35,902 nt of DNA from Mesotaenium endlicherianum (Eukaryota): the NCBI GenBank assembly GCA_009602735.1, contig WELA01000640.1:36594-72495 (forward strand), given 5' to 3'. This document shows, piece by piece, positions 1 to 10,756 of the stretch (the first letter of the stretch is position 1; each line of letters begins with the position of its first letter). The notes under the pieces were generated by a model, which did no database searches, had not been told where the DNA came from, and saw only the letters and a list, made by a program, of their open reading frames with translations. Position numbers and translations under genes: made by a program.

Positions 1-88
1 GGGGGGGAGAGGGGGAGAGGGGCAGCACAGCACAGAGAAAAACCTCAGGGAAGGGGAGCGGGGAGACGGGAATGGGTTTGCCGCGCAC

Positions 89-478
89 CTCCGATGGAGT
101 TGCCGGCAAGCACCACGGGCTCCTTCACCACGTGAGAGATAAAGTCGCGCAGGAAGTGCGCCCACACGTCCTGCGTGTAGAGCAGCGCCGGCTTCTCGGA
201 GCGCCCGAAGCCGGGCATGGTGACGGCCCACACGCGGTTGCCGCGCTGCGCCAGCTGGCGCAGGTTGTCGCGGTAGTGGTCCCAGAAGGCGCCGAAGCCG
301 TGCACCAGCACCACCGCGGGGCCGCTCTCGCCAGCTGTCGAGTACTGCCGCCCAGGCCACGTCATCCCGCTCGTCGCCGTGTAAAGCATATTGTCGCCGC
401 TGAGTCAATTGCATCGTCGCTGCTCCTCGCCCCTTTGTGCGCGCGCGCGTGTGTCTGTGCGTGCGTGGTGAGAGACAC

Positions 479-514
<36 letters not shown>

Positions 515-2459
515 TGTAAGCTCACATACACAACAAGCTGAAGAACAACGCAAGGCCTAAAGCTCCTGAGCTGCTGCATTGTTCTTCTGCCTCTGGTTCC
601 CTCTCCCCGCGGACACGTGGTACGTACATAATCCTTAGCGTGAAGAAAGCAAGTTGAGCAGAGCAACCTCAACCTTACTGCAGCTCCGCACACGCAGGGA
701 CCCAGAGACTCCCTTCTTCTTGGCCTCCCTGGGCGACAGCTGGCACTCAGGCACTTCCGTGCTGTAGCCGGGGAGCCTGCAATTAAGGCAGGAGGAGCGT
801 GTGTGCATATTTGTCTGTGAGAGAGAGGGAGAGAGAGGGCCGTACCTCCACGAGCATGCCCCGCCAGCGCCAGAAGCGCACGTCCCGGGCCCGTCCTCCG
901 TGCTCCTGCTCCCGCTTGGCAGCTTCCTGCAGCGCCAGCTGGGCGTGCCACTGCAGGCACGCGCACGACGGAGCGGGACGCCGCGGCACATGTCACGCTT
1001 GAGGCTGCCGAGACTGGAGGAGTGATGTGATTGGAGCAATCTTGGACTATGCCTGGAGGAAAACCTATACCCACTCGTGGCCATCCAGAGGAGCCCTTGC
1101 TCTGATGCAAAAGGGGGGGGGAAAGGGCCGGGGGGGAAGGGGGGAAGGAAGGGTTGGGCTGAGTGGGCTGCTGAAGGTAACGGCAACGAGTGTGACCGAT
1201 GTAAACCTCTTCTGATGAGTACTTTAGAGCGCTGCGTATAAATGCGAGGACTGGCCGGGAGGCAGGTGCAACGCAGTCCTCCATACGACGACACGTCGGA
1301 TCAGAAACATCAGGCGGGTGCACCGAACCCTTGCCCAAGAGAGCGAGAAGAAAGAGCCGTGACCTGCTTGCACCGTTGTATCCAAGGCTAGCCAGGCATC
1401 GTCAGCAACTTTATCGTCGACTGCCAGCTGGGCAGAGGGGAGCCAATAGATGCAGCAGCGACACCCTCCCTCCCTCCCCGCAGCTGGAGTGCCCAGGAAG
1501 GAGGGAGCTGCTGCTGCCACGCACGCATGCATGCACGAACGCTTGCATGCAGGGCAAGCATGTTCCGTGAACGCATCGTACCTGCGACCCAGAACCCCAG
1601 CGTTTACACACAAGCCCCCACTGAGTTGCACCCTAACCTTGGCTTCAGCCCTAGCCCTAGCCCTAGCCATAGCCAGCCCCTGGGCCCAGTCCCAAAGCGC
1701 GAGCCCTTGGAGACATGGGAAGCAGACTGGCAGAGGGAGGGAGGGAGGGAGGAACTGACGGAGCTGGCGTCGACGCTGCGGACGGCGGCCTTGGCGGTGA
1801 ACGTGGAGTAGCCAAACGGCGACACGCGCCCGCCGCCCCTCGCCACCTCAAAGCTGTGGGCCTCGTGGTACACCTGGCGCGCCGACAGCGTGCCCAGCGT
1901 CATGGCGTGCGAGAAGAAGGCCGGGAACGACGCGCCGGGGCGGTCCTCCGCTCGCCACACGTCGTCATACAGCCTGGCCCACGGAGGAGGACGGCCAGGC
2001 GGGCAGACAGGCACACAGGCCGACAGACAGGCAGACAGACAGACATACGGCCACAGAGAGAGGCAGACCCAAGCAACAGCAGAAGTCTGTCAGAACGGCA
2101 GGAGCAGCATGTCACGAGCAAAGTAGCCGGCAGCCTGTCTTGGAAGTGCATGCGCGCACGCACACTAACACAGCTCACATAGGAGAACGACATAGGCCCG
2201 TGCCTGAGTTCAAGGGCAAGCCCGTTTGACATTCAAAAAATCCTCATCTCCTCCGGCCCTGCTGCAGTGCTGCAGCCATCCCCACCTTCCTCTTACCTAT
2301 AAATGCTTAAATGTGAATGAATAACCCCCTTACCTCGCAGTGCCCCCGCTCCCGCCACACAAAGCCCTCAGGAAGAGAGTGGGGCCACCAAGAGAGAGAC
2401 CACAACACCCATGTACGTGCAACAACATTGCAAGAGGAAGAGGAGAGAGAGAGAGAGAG

Positions 2460-2516
<57 letters not shown>

Positions 2517-5504
2517 NNNNNNNNNNNNNNNNNNNNNNNNNNNNNNNNNNNNNNNNNNNNNNNNNNNNNNNNNNNNNNNNNNNNNNNNNNNNNNNNNNNN
2601 NNNNNNNNNNNNNNNNNNNNNNNNNNNNNNNNNNNNNNNNNNNNNNNNNNNNNNNNNNNNNNNNNNNNNNNNNNNNNNNNNNNNNNNNNNNNNNNNNNNN
2701 NNNNNNNNNNNNNNNNNNNNNNNNNNNNNNNNNNNNNNNNNNNNNNNNNNNNNNNNNNNNNNNNNNNNNNNNNNNNNNNNNNNNNNNNNNNNNNNNNNNN
2801 NNNNNNNNNNNNNNNNNNNNNNNNNNNNNNNNNNNNNNNNNNNNNNNNNNNNNNNNNNNNNNNNNNNNNNNNNNNNNNNNNNNNNNNNNNNNNNNNNNNN
2901 NNNNNNNNNNNNNNNNNNNNNNNNNNNNNNNNNNNNNNNNNNNNNNNNNNNNNNNNNNNNNNNNNNNNNNNNNNNNNNNNNNNNNNNNNNNNNNNNNNNN
3001 NNNNNNNNNNNNNNNNNNNNNNNNNNNNNNNNNNNNNNNNNNNNNNNNNNNNNNNNNNNNNNNNNNNNNNNNNNNNNNNNNNNNNNNNNNNNNNNNNNNN
3101 NNNNNNNNNNNNNNNNNNNNNNNNNNNNNNNNNNNNNNNNNNNNNNNNNNNNNNNNNNNNNNNNNNNNNNNNNNNNNNNNNNNNNNNNNNNNNNNNNNNN
3201 NNNNNNNNNNNNNNNNNNNNNNNNNNNNNNNNNNNNNNNNNNNNNNNNNNNNNNNNNNNNNNNNNNNNNNNNNNNNNNNNNNNNNNNNNNNNNNNNNNNN
3301 NNNNNNNNNNNNNNNNNNNNNNNNNNNNNNNNNNNNNNNNNNNNNNNNNNNNNNNNNNNNNNNNNNNNNNNNNNNNNNNTCCGCCCTCCCCCTCCTCCCT
3401 GCCCACTTAACCTCCTCTCTGTCTGCGCCCTTCTATTCCACCAGCTCCAACTACGTAGCCTTCTTCTCCTTCTTCTTCTTCTTCTTCTTTTTCTTCTTCT
3501 TCTTCTTCTTTTTCTTCTTCTTCCACTTCAGCCGAGGCGTGCTGCTGCTGACAAAGGAGTGCAGGAATACTCGCGCTCTCTCATACACTGCAGCATCTAT
3601 GGGTGTGGCTGCAAGTGCTGCAGACTGAAGTGAAGCTGCTGGGAGGAGGAGGCAAGGGAGGGGCAGAAGGGGGGGGTTTGACGAAGGAGGAAAGATTAAT
3701 GAGAGCATGCAGCAATCGCCTCTCTGTTGTGGAGGCAGCACTGGGGGGGCTTTTCTTTGCCTAGCTTGACAAGTCCTGGCAGGTGGGGGCAAGAAGCTGC
3801 TATAGAGCCTCCCTCCTCCTAGACCCCTCTGGGTAAGAGCGTGTCCTAGCCCCAGCCCTAGCCCTAAGCTCCTGCTGCCACTGTAGCTGACACTTAAATA
3901 TCATGACAAACTGGCTGCCTGAGGCACCTGTGCGCCCATGTACGATAAATTATCCCCGGTGATTGATACGCTTGCTTTACAAATGTTATGTGCATAAATA
4001 TACGAGTATATGTACATATACACACACACACACACGCATGTACATATATGTATACACACACATACAAGTATGTATACATATATAAAGGGACTTGCAATTA
4101 TGGGTCTCGGCATCCATGTAGGCGTGCATGCCTCTGTGTCCCTCAATAAGTGTGTACATCTGATGACATATGTCCCCTTACCCACATATACCAACATATA
4201 CATGCATACACTTGCATGTATACAGATTCCATATGCATGCATGCATGTCCTTGTGAATCATATGGCCGATGCATGGCTTGTTGTTGAAGGGTTGTACTGA
4301 CCCCTTGGCAGGGCTTTGGACGGCATGTACCGGGGTCGACACGTGGCGCGAGCGGAGGAAGCGACGCTGGGGCCTCTAGCGGCCCAACAGGTGTCCCCCT
4401 CACTTTCTTGTAGGCCTTGTAGTTCTCGGGAAGCGCTCCCTGCGAGGATACCCACCCACCCACCCACCCCCCCGTGCGCACACACACACGCCTCATGCCT
4501 CTGCCGGAGTTTTGTACTCGGCCAAAAGCCCCGGGGCTAGTTGCTGAAATACAGAGTCGGGTGTGTCTGATTATTCAGAGCACTGGACTCCTTCTCAACC
4601 TCTAGGTCAGCAGTGCCAAGGCCCAAGAGAGCTTCACGGAGGAAAGAAAACACGAGGCCTCGCACGAAAGAGAAGAAAAAACGTTCCTGCAATTGGAGGA
4701 AGAGAACTTCTGCTGCTCTGATCAGGGAACGGGAAATTGTGGATCTCCTTCTAATGAAAGACAAGTTGCGAGCGAGATGAACAAGTAAGCTGACCGGAAC
4801 TTCATAGAGGTTGGCGCTCCAGTTGCGGAACCTGGCACCCTCTCCTCCTCCTTCCCGCTGATGTGTGGCGTTCCCATTGCTCTCCCCCGCCGCGTGGGGG
4901 CCGCTGGCAAGCGCGGACGCCACTTGCGCAATGAGGGCCTGCCACTTGTCCTCCACCTCAGCCTCCGACACCACCTCTGTTGCATTCACCTGCCAGGAGG
5001 GAGGTGGACAAAACTCTCATCGCCATGCTCTCCCACAGCTGCCGATGCCGCGCCCTCCCGGATTCATGCGTGCAGATGCACCTCCTCTCTCTCTCCACGC
5101 TCACACCACAACTTCTTTCACGTAGGAACCAGCGAGCCTTTCTTTGAGTTCAGCAACACGTCTGATGGGCCACAGGGCACTGCGTGTCTCTGAATATTTG
5201 TTCTGTACCCTCGCTTGCTCCTTGGGGCGTAAACCCTAATTCCGAAGCCCAGAACCCCTGCATGCGAAAGATGATGACAACCCATAGCGGCCCACAGTGG
5301 AGTGGCAACACCTCTTCTCATCAAGTGCGCGACGCACGCTCGCAGAGATGTACACACATGGTGGGGATATTTATACGCGATGCTCATACGCGATGATGCG
5401 CATGAGTGGCGCCTACAGAGGTGTCGCCGTGTCAGCTCAGCCCTACTGTGCTATTGCGTGGCCTTGAAGCCCAACAGAAAGGAGGAGGGCACCAACGTAC
5501 AGCA

Positions 5505-5577
<73 letters not shown>

Positions 5578-8500
5578 CAAGGACCCGAGCTGCTTCACGC
5601 TTTATGCTTCGGACCCACAGTGAGAGAAATCAAAAATAGGATGAACGTCCTCCTGTTCACGTGCTGACGTGGAGAGTGACGTCATATCGCCTTTTGCGAC
5701 GGCCCATGTGACATCATCATCTTGGACAAAGGCAAGGGTGAGGACGAGCGCCAAGGGAGGAGGAGAGAGCAGGTGTGCGTGTATACATCACGGGCCAATG
5801 ATGTGAGGGCTGTACACGTGTCGCCCAGCCGCACGATGAGATCGGATCCGACGGCTCTCAGCGAGCTCCTCAGGTCGGCGACGGCCTCGTGCAGCGCCGG
5901 CAGGAGCTCCGATGGGAACTCTGCAATTTCAAAATGCCTGCTGATCTGTCAACACTTGCCTTCCCTTTAATGAGGTTCTAATTCCTCCTCCGTTTTGTCT
6001 GCGTCTGCTCCTCTTCTGATCTTTTTGTGGAGAAAATAATCCACGCAAAAAACGGGTGTCTGTGTGCACTTCGTTTAGCATAACCGGCCCTTTGAGAGAA
6101 GAGTGGGAAGAAAGAAATGGAGGGCGTCTCTGAACCGAGTCTCCTCCTAGAAAGAGCAGATCCGCGATTGCAGAAGCTTAACTTTGCATGCCGTGAGTCG
6201 TGCCGTGCAATATTTTCTAAGCGTTACACGAGTCAATTGCCGCCGTGAGGCGCACTTCATCACTTTGCGCAAATGCCAATATCATATGGCTGAGCAGTGG
6301 CAGATTGAGGAGGAAGGGTGCCAAGGGCAGGGTGTGCATGCATGTAGGAATGTATTTGTCAGCACTCGCAACAAACGCACTGTACACAAGCATGCACATG
6401 AATTCGGACTGGCAAGAGGGGCCTAAGTCTGCAATAAATTCTGAGTAAGACGATGCATTAGGCATGGGGTTGCTTCCTTAGAGACCTGCTAAAGAAAACT
6501 TATACACATAACACTGCAGGGGCGGGGGGAGGGATGGGGGCGAAGNNNNNNNNNNNNNNNNNNNNNNNNNNNNNNNNNNNNNNNNNNNNNNNNNNNNNNN
6601 NNNNNNNNNNNNNNNNNNNNNNNNNNNNNNNNNNNNNNNNNNNNNNNNNNNNNNNNNNNNNNNNNNNNNNNNNNNNNNNNNNNNNNNNNNNNNNNNNNNN
6701 NNNNNNNNNNNNNNNNNNNNNNNNNNNNNNNNNNNNNNNNNNNNNNNNNNNNNNNNNNNNNNNNNNNNNNNNNNNNNNNNNNNNNNNNNNNNNNNNNNNN
6801 NNNNNNNNNNNNNNNNNNNNNNNNNNNNNNNNNNNNNNNNNNNNNNNNNNNNNNNNNNNNNNNNNNNNNNNNNNNNNNNNNNNNNNNNNNNNNNNNNNNN
6901 NGGAGGAGGAGGAGGAGGAGGAGGAGGAGGAGGAGGAGGAGGAGGAGGAGGGAGGGGAGGAGGAGGGGAAGGCGGGCGTGGTGGTTGACGGTTCGATAAT
7001 GTTCTTGACTGATTGATCCATCGCACTTGGAAGTGGAAGCTGGCAGGCAGGCAGGTACACTTGTCAAAAGATAGCACATGTCAGCAGAAGCAGTCCAGAA
7101 CCAAGAGCCGTTGGAGGCTGCCAGATGTTGCAGAGAGAGGTAAGAAAGACAATTGGGCGTTCTGTGACACTCGGGCTCCTCAAGTCACTTTGGTTCCCAT
7201 TCCCATCATTGTCTCTTGTTTTCTTGGACTCTTATGCTCTTTGTTGCCGGAAAGTTTTGCTCAGGGAGAGCCGTGGAGCCCAAGGGACTCCACAGCTTCA
7301 GCACTGAGCTGTTTTGCGTGTGCTGCGTGCATGCACGCTTGGGCGTACATATCTGTACACGCGTCGGAGAGCACTCAGCACGAGGCCCACATCCAGCAGC
7401 AACGTGCAGGGGACGAGGACACATCCTCGAAAAAAAAAAGTGGAAGTGTTAGTACAGCCGTCGAGAAGCGGTGTCAGCTTCATTGTTCAAGGGAGAGGGC
7501 TGAAAGTGCACGCACAGCTTGGAGTCTGATATAGTGGAAGGTTCTCGGATACGGTTTTTTTTTTTTTGAGGGGGGGGGGGGGGGGGGGNNNNNNNNNNNN
7601 NNNNNNNNNNNNNNNNNNGGGGGGGGGGAGGGAGGGCTGACTCGAGAAGCGGACATGCCGTCCGTTGAAGCGAATCCTAAATTGGCACGCAAGAAGATGC
7701 TATGCTTGAAATTGTGCGAAATATTGAGTCAAAACAGCATACATTGGGAAAATAATAAGGGTGCAAGGGCGTAGCTTTTTGGACTTACTTGGATACATGC
7801 CACACAAGCACACACACGCCAATGGAGATACATGTGAAACTTAACTCGTACATGGTTCTACAGATGCGTATGCAATCAAGTATGTTCACAAGCATATGTG
7901 CTGATGTTATGTTGATACTAATGTACCTCTGCATATATACTCATATGTGCACCTACTCATATGCATACACGGGTGTACAGGTAGTCATATGAGAGAAAGA
8001 AAGAGAATGAGAGAGGGAAAGACTTGCCAAAACAGTGCATTGCGACATCTTTAGTGGTCAATTGTACAAATAATTCCATGCATCACCTTCCTTTCCAACA
8101 GTGAACGGGAAGGTCAGGTGGGGAGCTAAGAAAAGGTGGCAGTCCACTCATACAGCTTCCCCAGCAGTAGCACCACACCTTTTTTCAGAGAATTGAAAGT
8201 GTACCGAGATACATGAGAGCATGTGAGCATGCTTTCAGCCGCATGCAGACAAATTCCAAAAGTATGATAATACGAAAAGAATATAGTGGATACTGGTTTG
8301 CATATGCATGTTTTTTTCAGACAGTGCACGAATGTGTGTACATGGCATCGTCCGGTTCATAATTCATCACACGTCATTGCTGACATCACAATTTTGGGCA
8401 GCCTGCGTCCCTGATTGCACACCTGTTGGTGTTTCAATGTTGACCTCTCTCCCTAGAGTTGAAGGTCCAGCCTGCTTTGAACTACAAACAACTCCAAAGG

Positions 8501-8807
8501 CATGGCGTGGGCAAGATTTCTTGAAAGTCCGGCAAAAAGACGACCCTATGCCGTTAGTGCCATTCTTGAACCCGAGCGAAGGCAGCTGCCGGATACAAAA
8601 TGTACCATGGGGTTGGTCATTGCTTTGAAGTTTCTGCATGCATTCAGCTCGCAAGCTTACAGCCCTAGTGACATATTCTGGACCAACTGGGTAAATGGCG
8701 CCAGTACATTTTCCGCGGGCTTCATTAGACGTCCAAAGGTTACAGAGGGAGGGTCCTGTTCCGAGAAAGGAAGTCGCTAGGCAGGCATTCATCACCCTGC
8801 TCGCCAT
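89..8807 (-). CDS. DNA photolyase N-terminal-like domain fused to alpha/beta-hydrolase (At4g25290-type), probably plastid-targeted; 3' end lies outside the window
   Basis: Well-supported GT-AG exons (transcript order): 5920-5787 (FPSELLPALHEAVADLRSSLRAVGSDLIVRLGD, photolyase N-domain-like), 4989-4795, 4439-4331, 1973-1760 (EDRPGASF...SARQVYHEA...SPFGYS), 950-846 (RFWRWRGMLVE) and 344-89 (YSTAGESGPAVVLVHGFGAF...PGFGRSEKP...GNSIGG, hydrolase G-x-S-x-G). Tentative phase-compatible 5' exons: 8807-8423 (MASRVMNACLATSFLG...VVCSS, transit-peptide-like), 7676-7642, and 7039 into the gap at 6546-6901. Further exons are probably hidden in gaps 6546-6901 and 2517-3379. Family assigned from recalled plant homologue motifs. 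Confidence 0.85.
481..512. repeat. (TG)n microsatellite, intronic
   Basis: Direct reading of the sequence. Confidence 0.95.
2443..2516. repeat. (GA)n microsatellite abutting an assembly gap
   Basis: Direct reading; N-run 2517-3379 follows. Confidence 0.95.
2517..3379. other. Assembly gap (other N-runs at 6546-6901, 7589-7618, 22480-22491, 23410-23725, 34546-34576)
   Basis: N-runs, nearly all flanked by G/C homopolymers or microsatellites. Confidence 0.99.
3461..3523. repeat. (TTC)n trinucleotide microsatellite
   Basis: Direct reading; produces the poly-K/poly-F ORF-track translations. Confidence 0.9.
5509..5574. repeat. Compound (CA)n(GA)n microsatellite, intronic
   Basis: Direct reading. 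Confidence 0.95.
6902..6966. repeat. (GGA)n microsatellite abutting a gap; possibly coding poly-Ser on the minus strand
   Basis: Direct reading; in frame with the tentative exon starting at 7039 (LPLPSAMDQ...PSSSS). Confidence 0.85.
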
Positions 8808-10188
8808 TGCCTTTCCCCACCCTTCCCCTGCGTCAATGCAGAAATCTAATGCAAGACCTGACGTGTCGCAATGTATTGTAGATGCATGTCCTGAAGAATT
8901 CCTTGACTAAGCAGATATATTAGAACTACCCCACACTGCCCACACTAATAACGTGTCTTCACAAGCATTGTTGCTGGACGTTCACTCACGCACGCACAGG
9001 CAGTGATCACCGCGACAGAGTGCTGAGGCGCTCTTGCATCACACAGATCATGTTGACCTGGCACAAGCTTGTGCTCCAGAACGACTTCGATTCACTTCGA
9101 TCCCTTTCACTTCCCTGTCTAATCTCATCACTATCCATCGTTTGATCTCTATTCCATGCGGATGCCCTGTTGGGGGGGGTTTTCTATCCGGGGGGCCGGT
9201 TGAGGACGACTGGACGTCATTTGGGACACTTATTAGAGATTGCTTGTATTATTAAAATGCGTGGATTGCGAAGGTATCTGTCTGAGAACGTAACTCAGGC
9301 CTCTCCGGGTGCCTCTTGAGTTGAAAGTGGAGTCGTACACGACGTACGGTCGAGTCCGGACTTCGGAGTTCAGAGCAGGTCAGAGTCTGATCGTTGGAAC
9401 GGAGTTGGGACAAGCGCAGATTCAAATATCCCGGAGACCTGAATGGTAACGAAGTCGACTCCAATTTCGAGAGGAGAGAGAGAGAGGAGTTCAGCCTTGT
9501 GGCTGCTGGCTGCTGCGGGTCGTGGACTAGCTGTGAGAGCATGTGACAGTGGTCAAGGCATGACACATACCGGCACGATTGGTGCCTTAGGTTGAATAAT
9601 GCCATTTTAGTGGCTCCAACCACCAGTAAAGGGGGAAACTGAGCCTTGACTGGACTCTTTTCCCTCTGATTATGGCTAAGGTTAGAGGCTTCAAGGGAAG
9701 GAATGAGCTGCTTGGTTGCTTCTATTATCGACGCTGACAGTTGTATCCGCTGGAGACGTTGCCAAAAGCTGAGCGGGACAGACTTCGTCACAATTGCGCG
9801 TTTCGACCGTTCCCAGCTGTGCCAGTGGAATCGCACTTACTTTCTGGCCACTTGAGATGCCTTTTCTTCTCATGTGCTACATGAAACAATCGTGATAAAC
9901 AATTAGTTCCACACGTGCTACTGTGAGGTTTATTCAGCTGCTAGCAGTGCGCTGGATACACAGTCCTCTGTCTCTGTTCCTCTGTCTCTGCGGAAAATAG
10001 CTGGCAGATGCTACAAGAGTAAGCGCGGGTGTTGAAGGAAAGCAGAGGCGAAGATCAAGAAATTCAACCTCGAAGTTTTGACAGTAGCAGTGATTCTGGT
10101 GACAAGCCCTTTCAGTGTGGCCGACTGGTCGGGAAGGGAGGTGGAGGGGGCTTTTGAGCACCAAAAGCAGCTAGGTGGGGGTGGCGCG

Positions 10189-10714
10189 ATGCCCGGGCAG
10201 GCTTTATCGCAGCCCTGCACCTTTCTCAGCAACGGACAGGTGGGTGTATGGAATTTTCCTGCTATCACCCATGCTTAGCTCTGCTTACCAAATATCTCCT
10301 GCAGGCAGTAGACGTGCAAAAGAGATAGCAAGGAGTCTATATTGTGAGGATTGAGGGGGGCTCTAGAACCATACAACCTATTACATGTGCATGCACGCTC
10401 CTACATGTTCTCCTCTCTCCAGTCTTGGGGTGCCACCTGTCGAAGTCTGACTGGCGGTCTTCCTGCGCGCGTGCATGCCGGCCGGAGAGCGGGAGCAGGC
10501 GTTTGTGGGCACGCAGATTGTCTCGGTGGCGGGCTCGGGGGCCGGCGGGGCGGGCGGCAAGGACGACAGCTGGCGCGTGACGGTGCGGCTGCAGGGGTGC
10601 GACCTGGCGCGCGGCTTCCTGTGCGGTTCCATGGAGGCTCTCAACGTGCCCTCCACCGACTCCTCTGTGAGTGCCATCTGTGACACCCCATCAATAGTGC
10701 ACGCTCGCACGAGT

Positions 10715-10756
<42 letters not shown>

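Noticed and set aside
2330..2430. Possible gene-1 exon GGPTLFLRAL...GTAR with donor GTAAGG at 2333
   Set aside because: The phase fits the next exon and it loosely resembles the expected segment, but there is no convincing acceptor and the YLRYLE-like core is absent. The real exon more likely lies in gap 2517-3379.
3451..3638. Possible gene-1 exon ASLQSAALAATPIDAAVYERARVF...poly-K
   Set aside because: The acceptor phase fits, but the frame runs through a TTC microsatellite to a stop and shows no recognisable homology. Left unresolved.
9252..9836. 194-aa minus-strand ORF between gene 1 and GID4
   Set aside because: No recognisable motif and no ATG at the listed start; it lies in a likely divergent promoter/5'UTR region.
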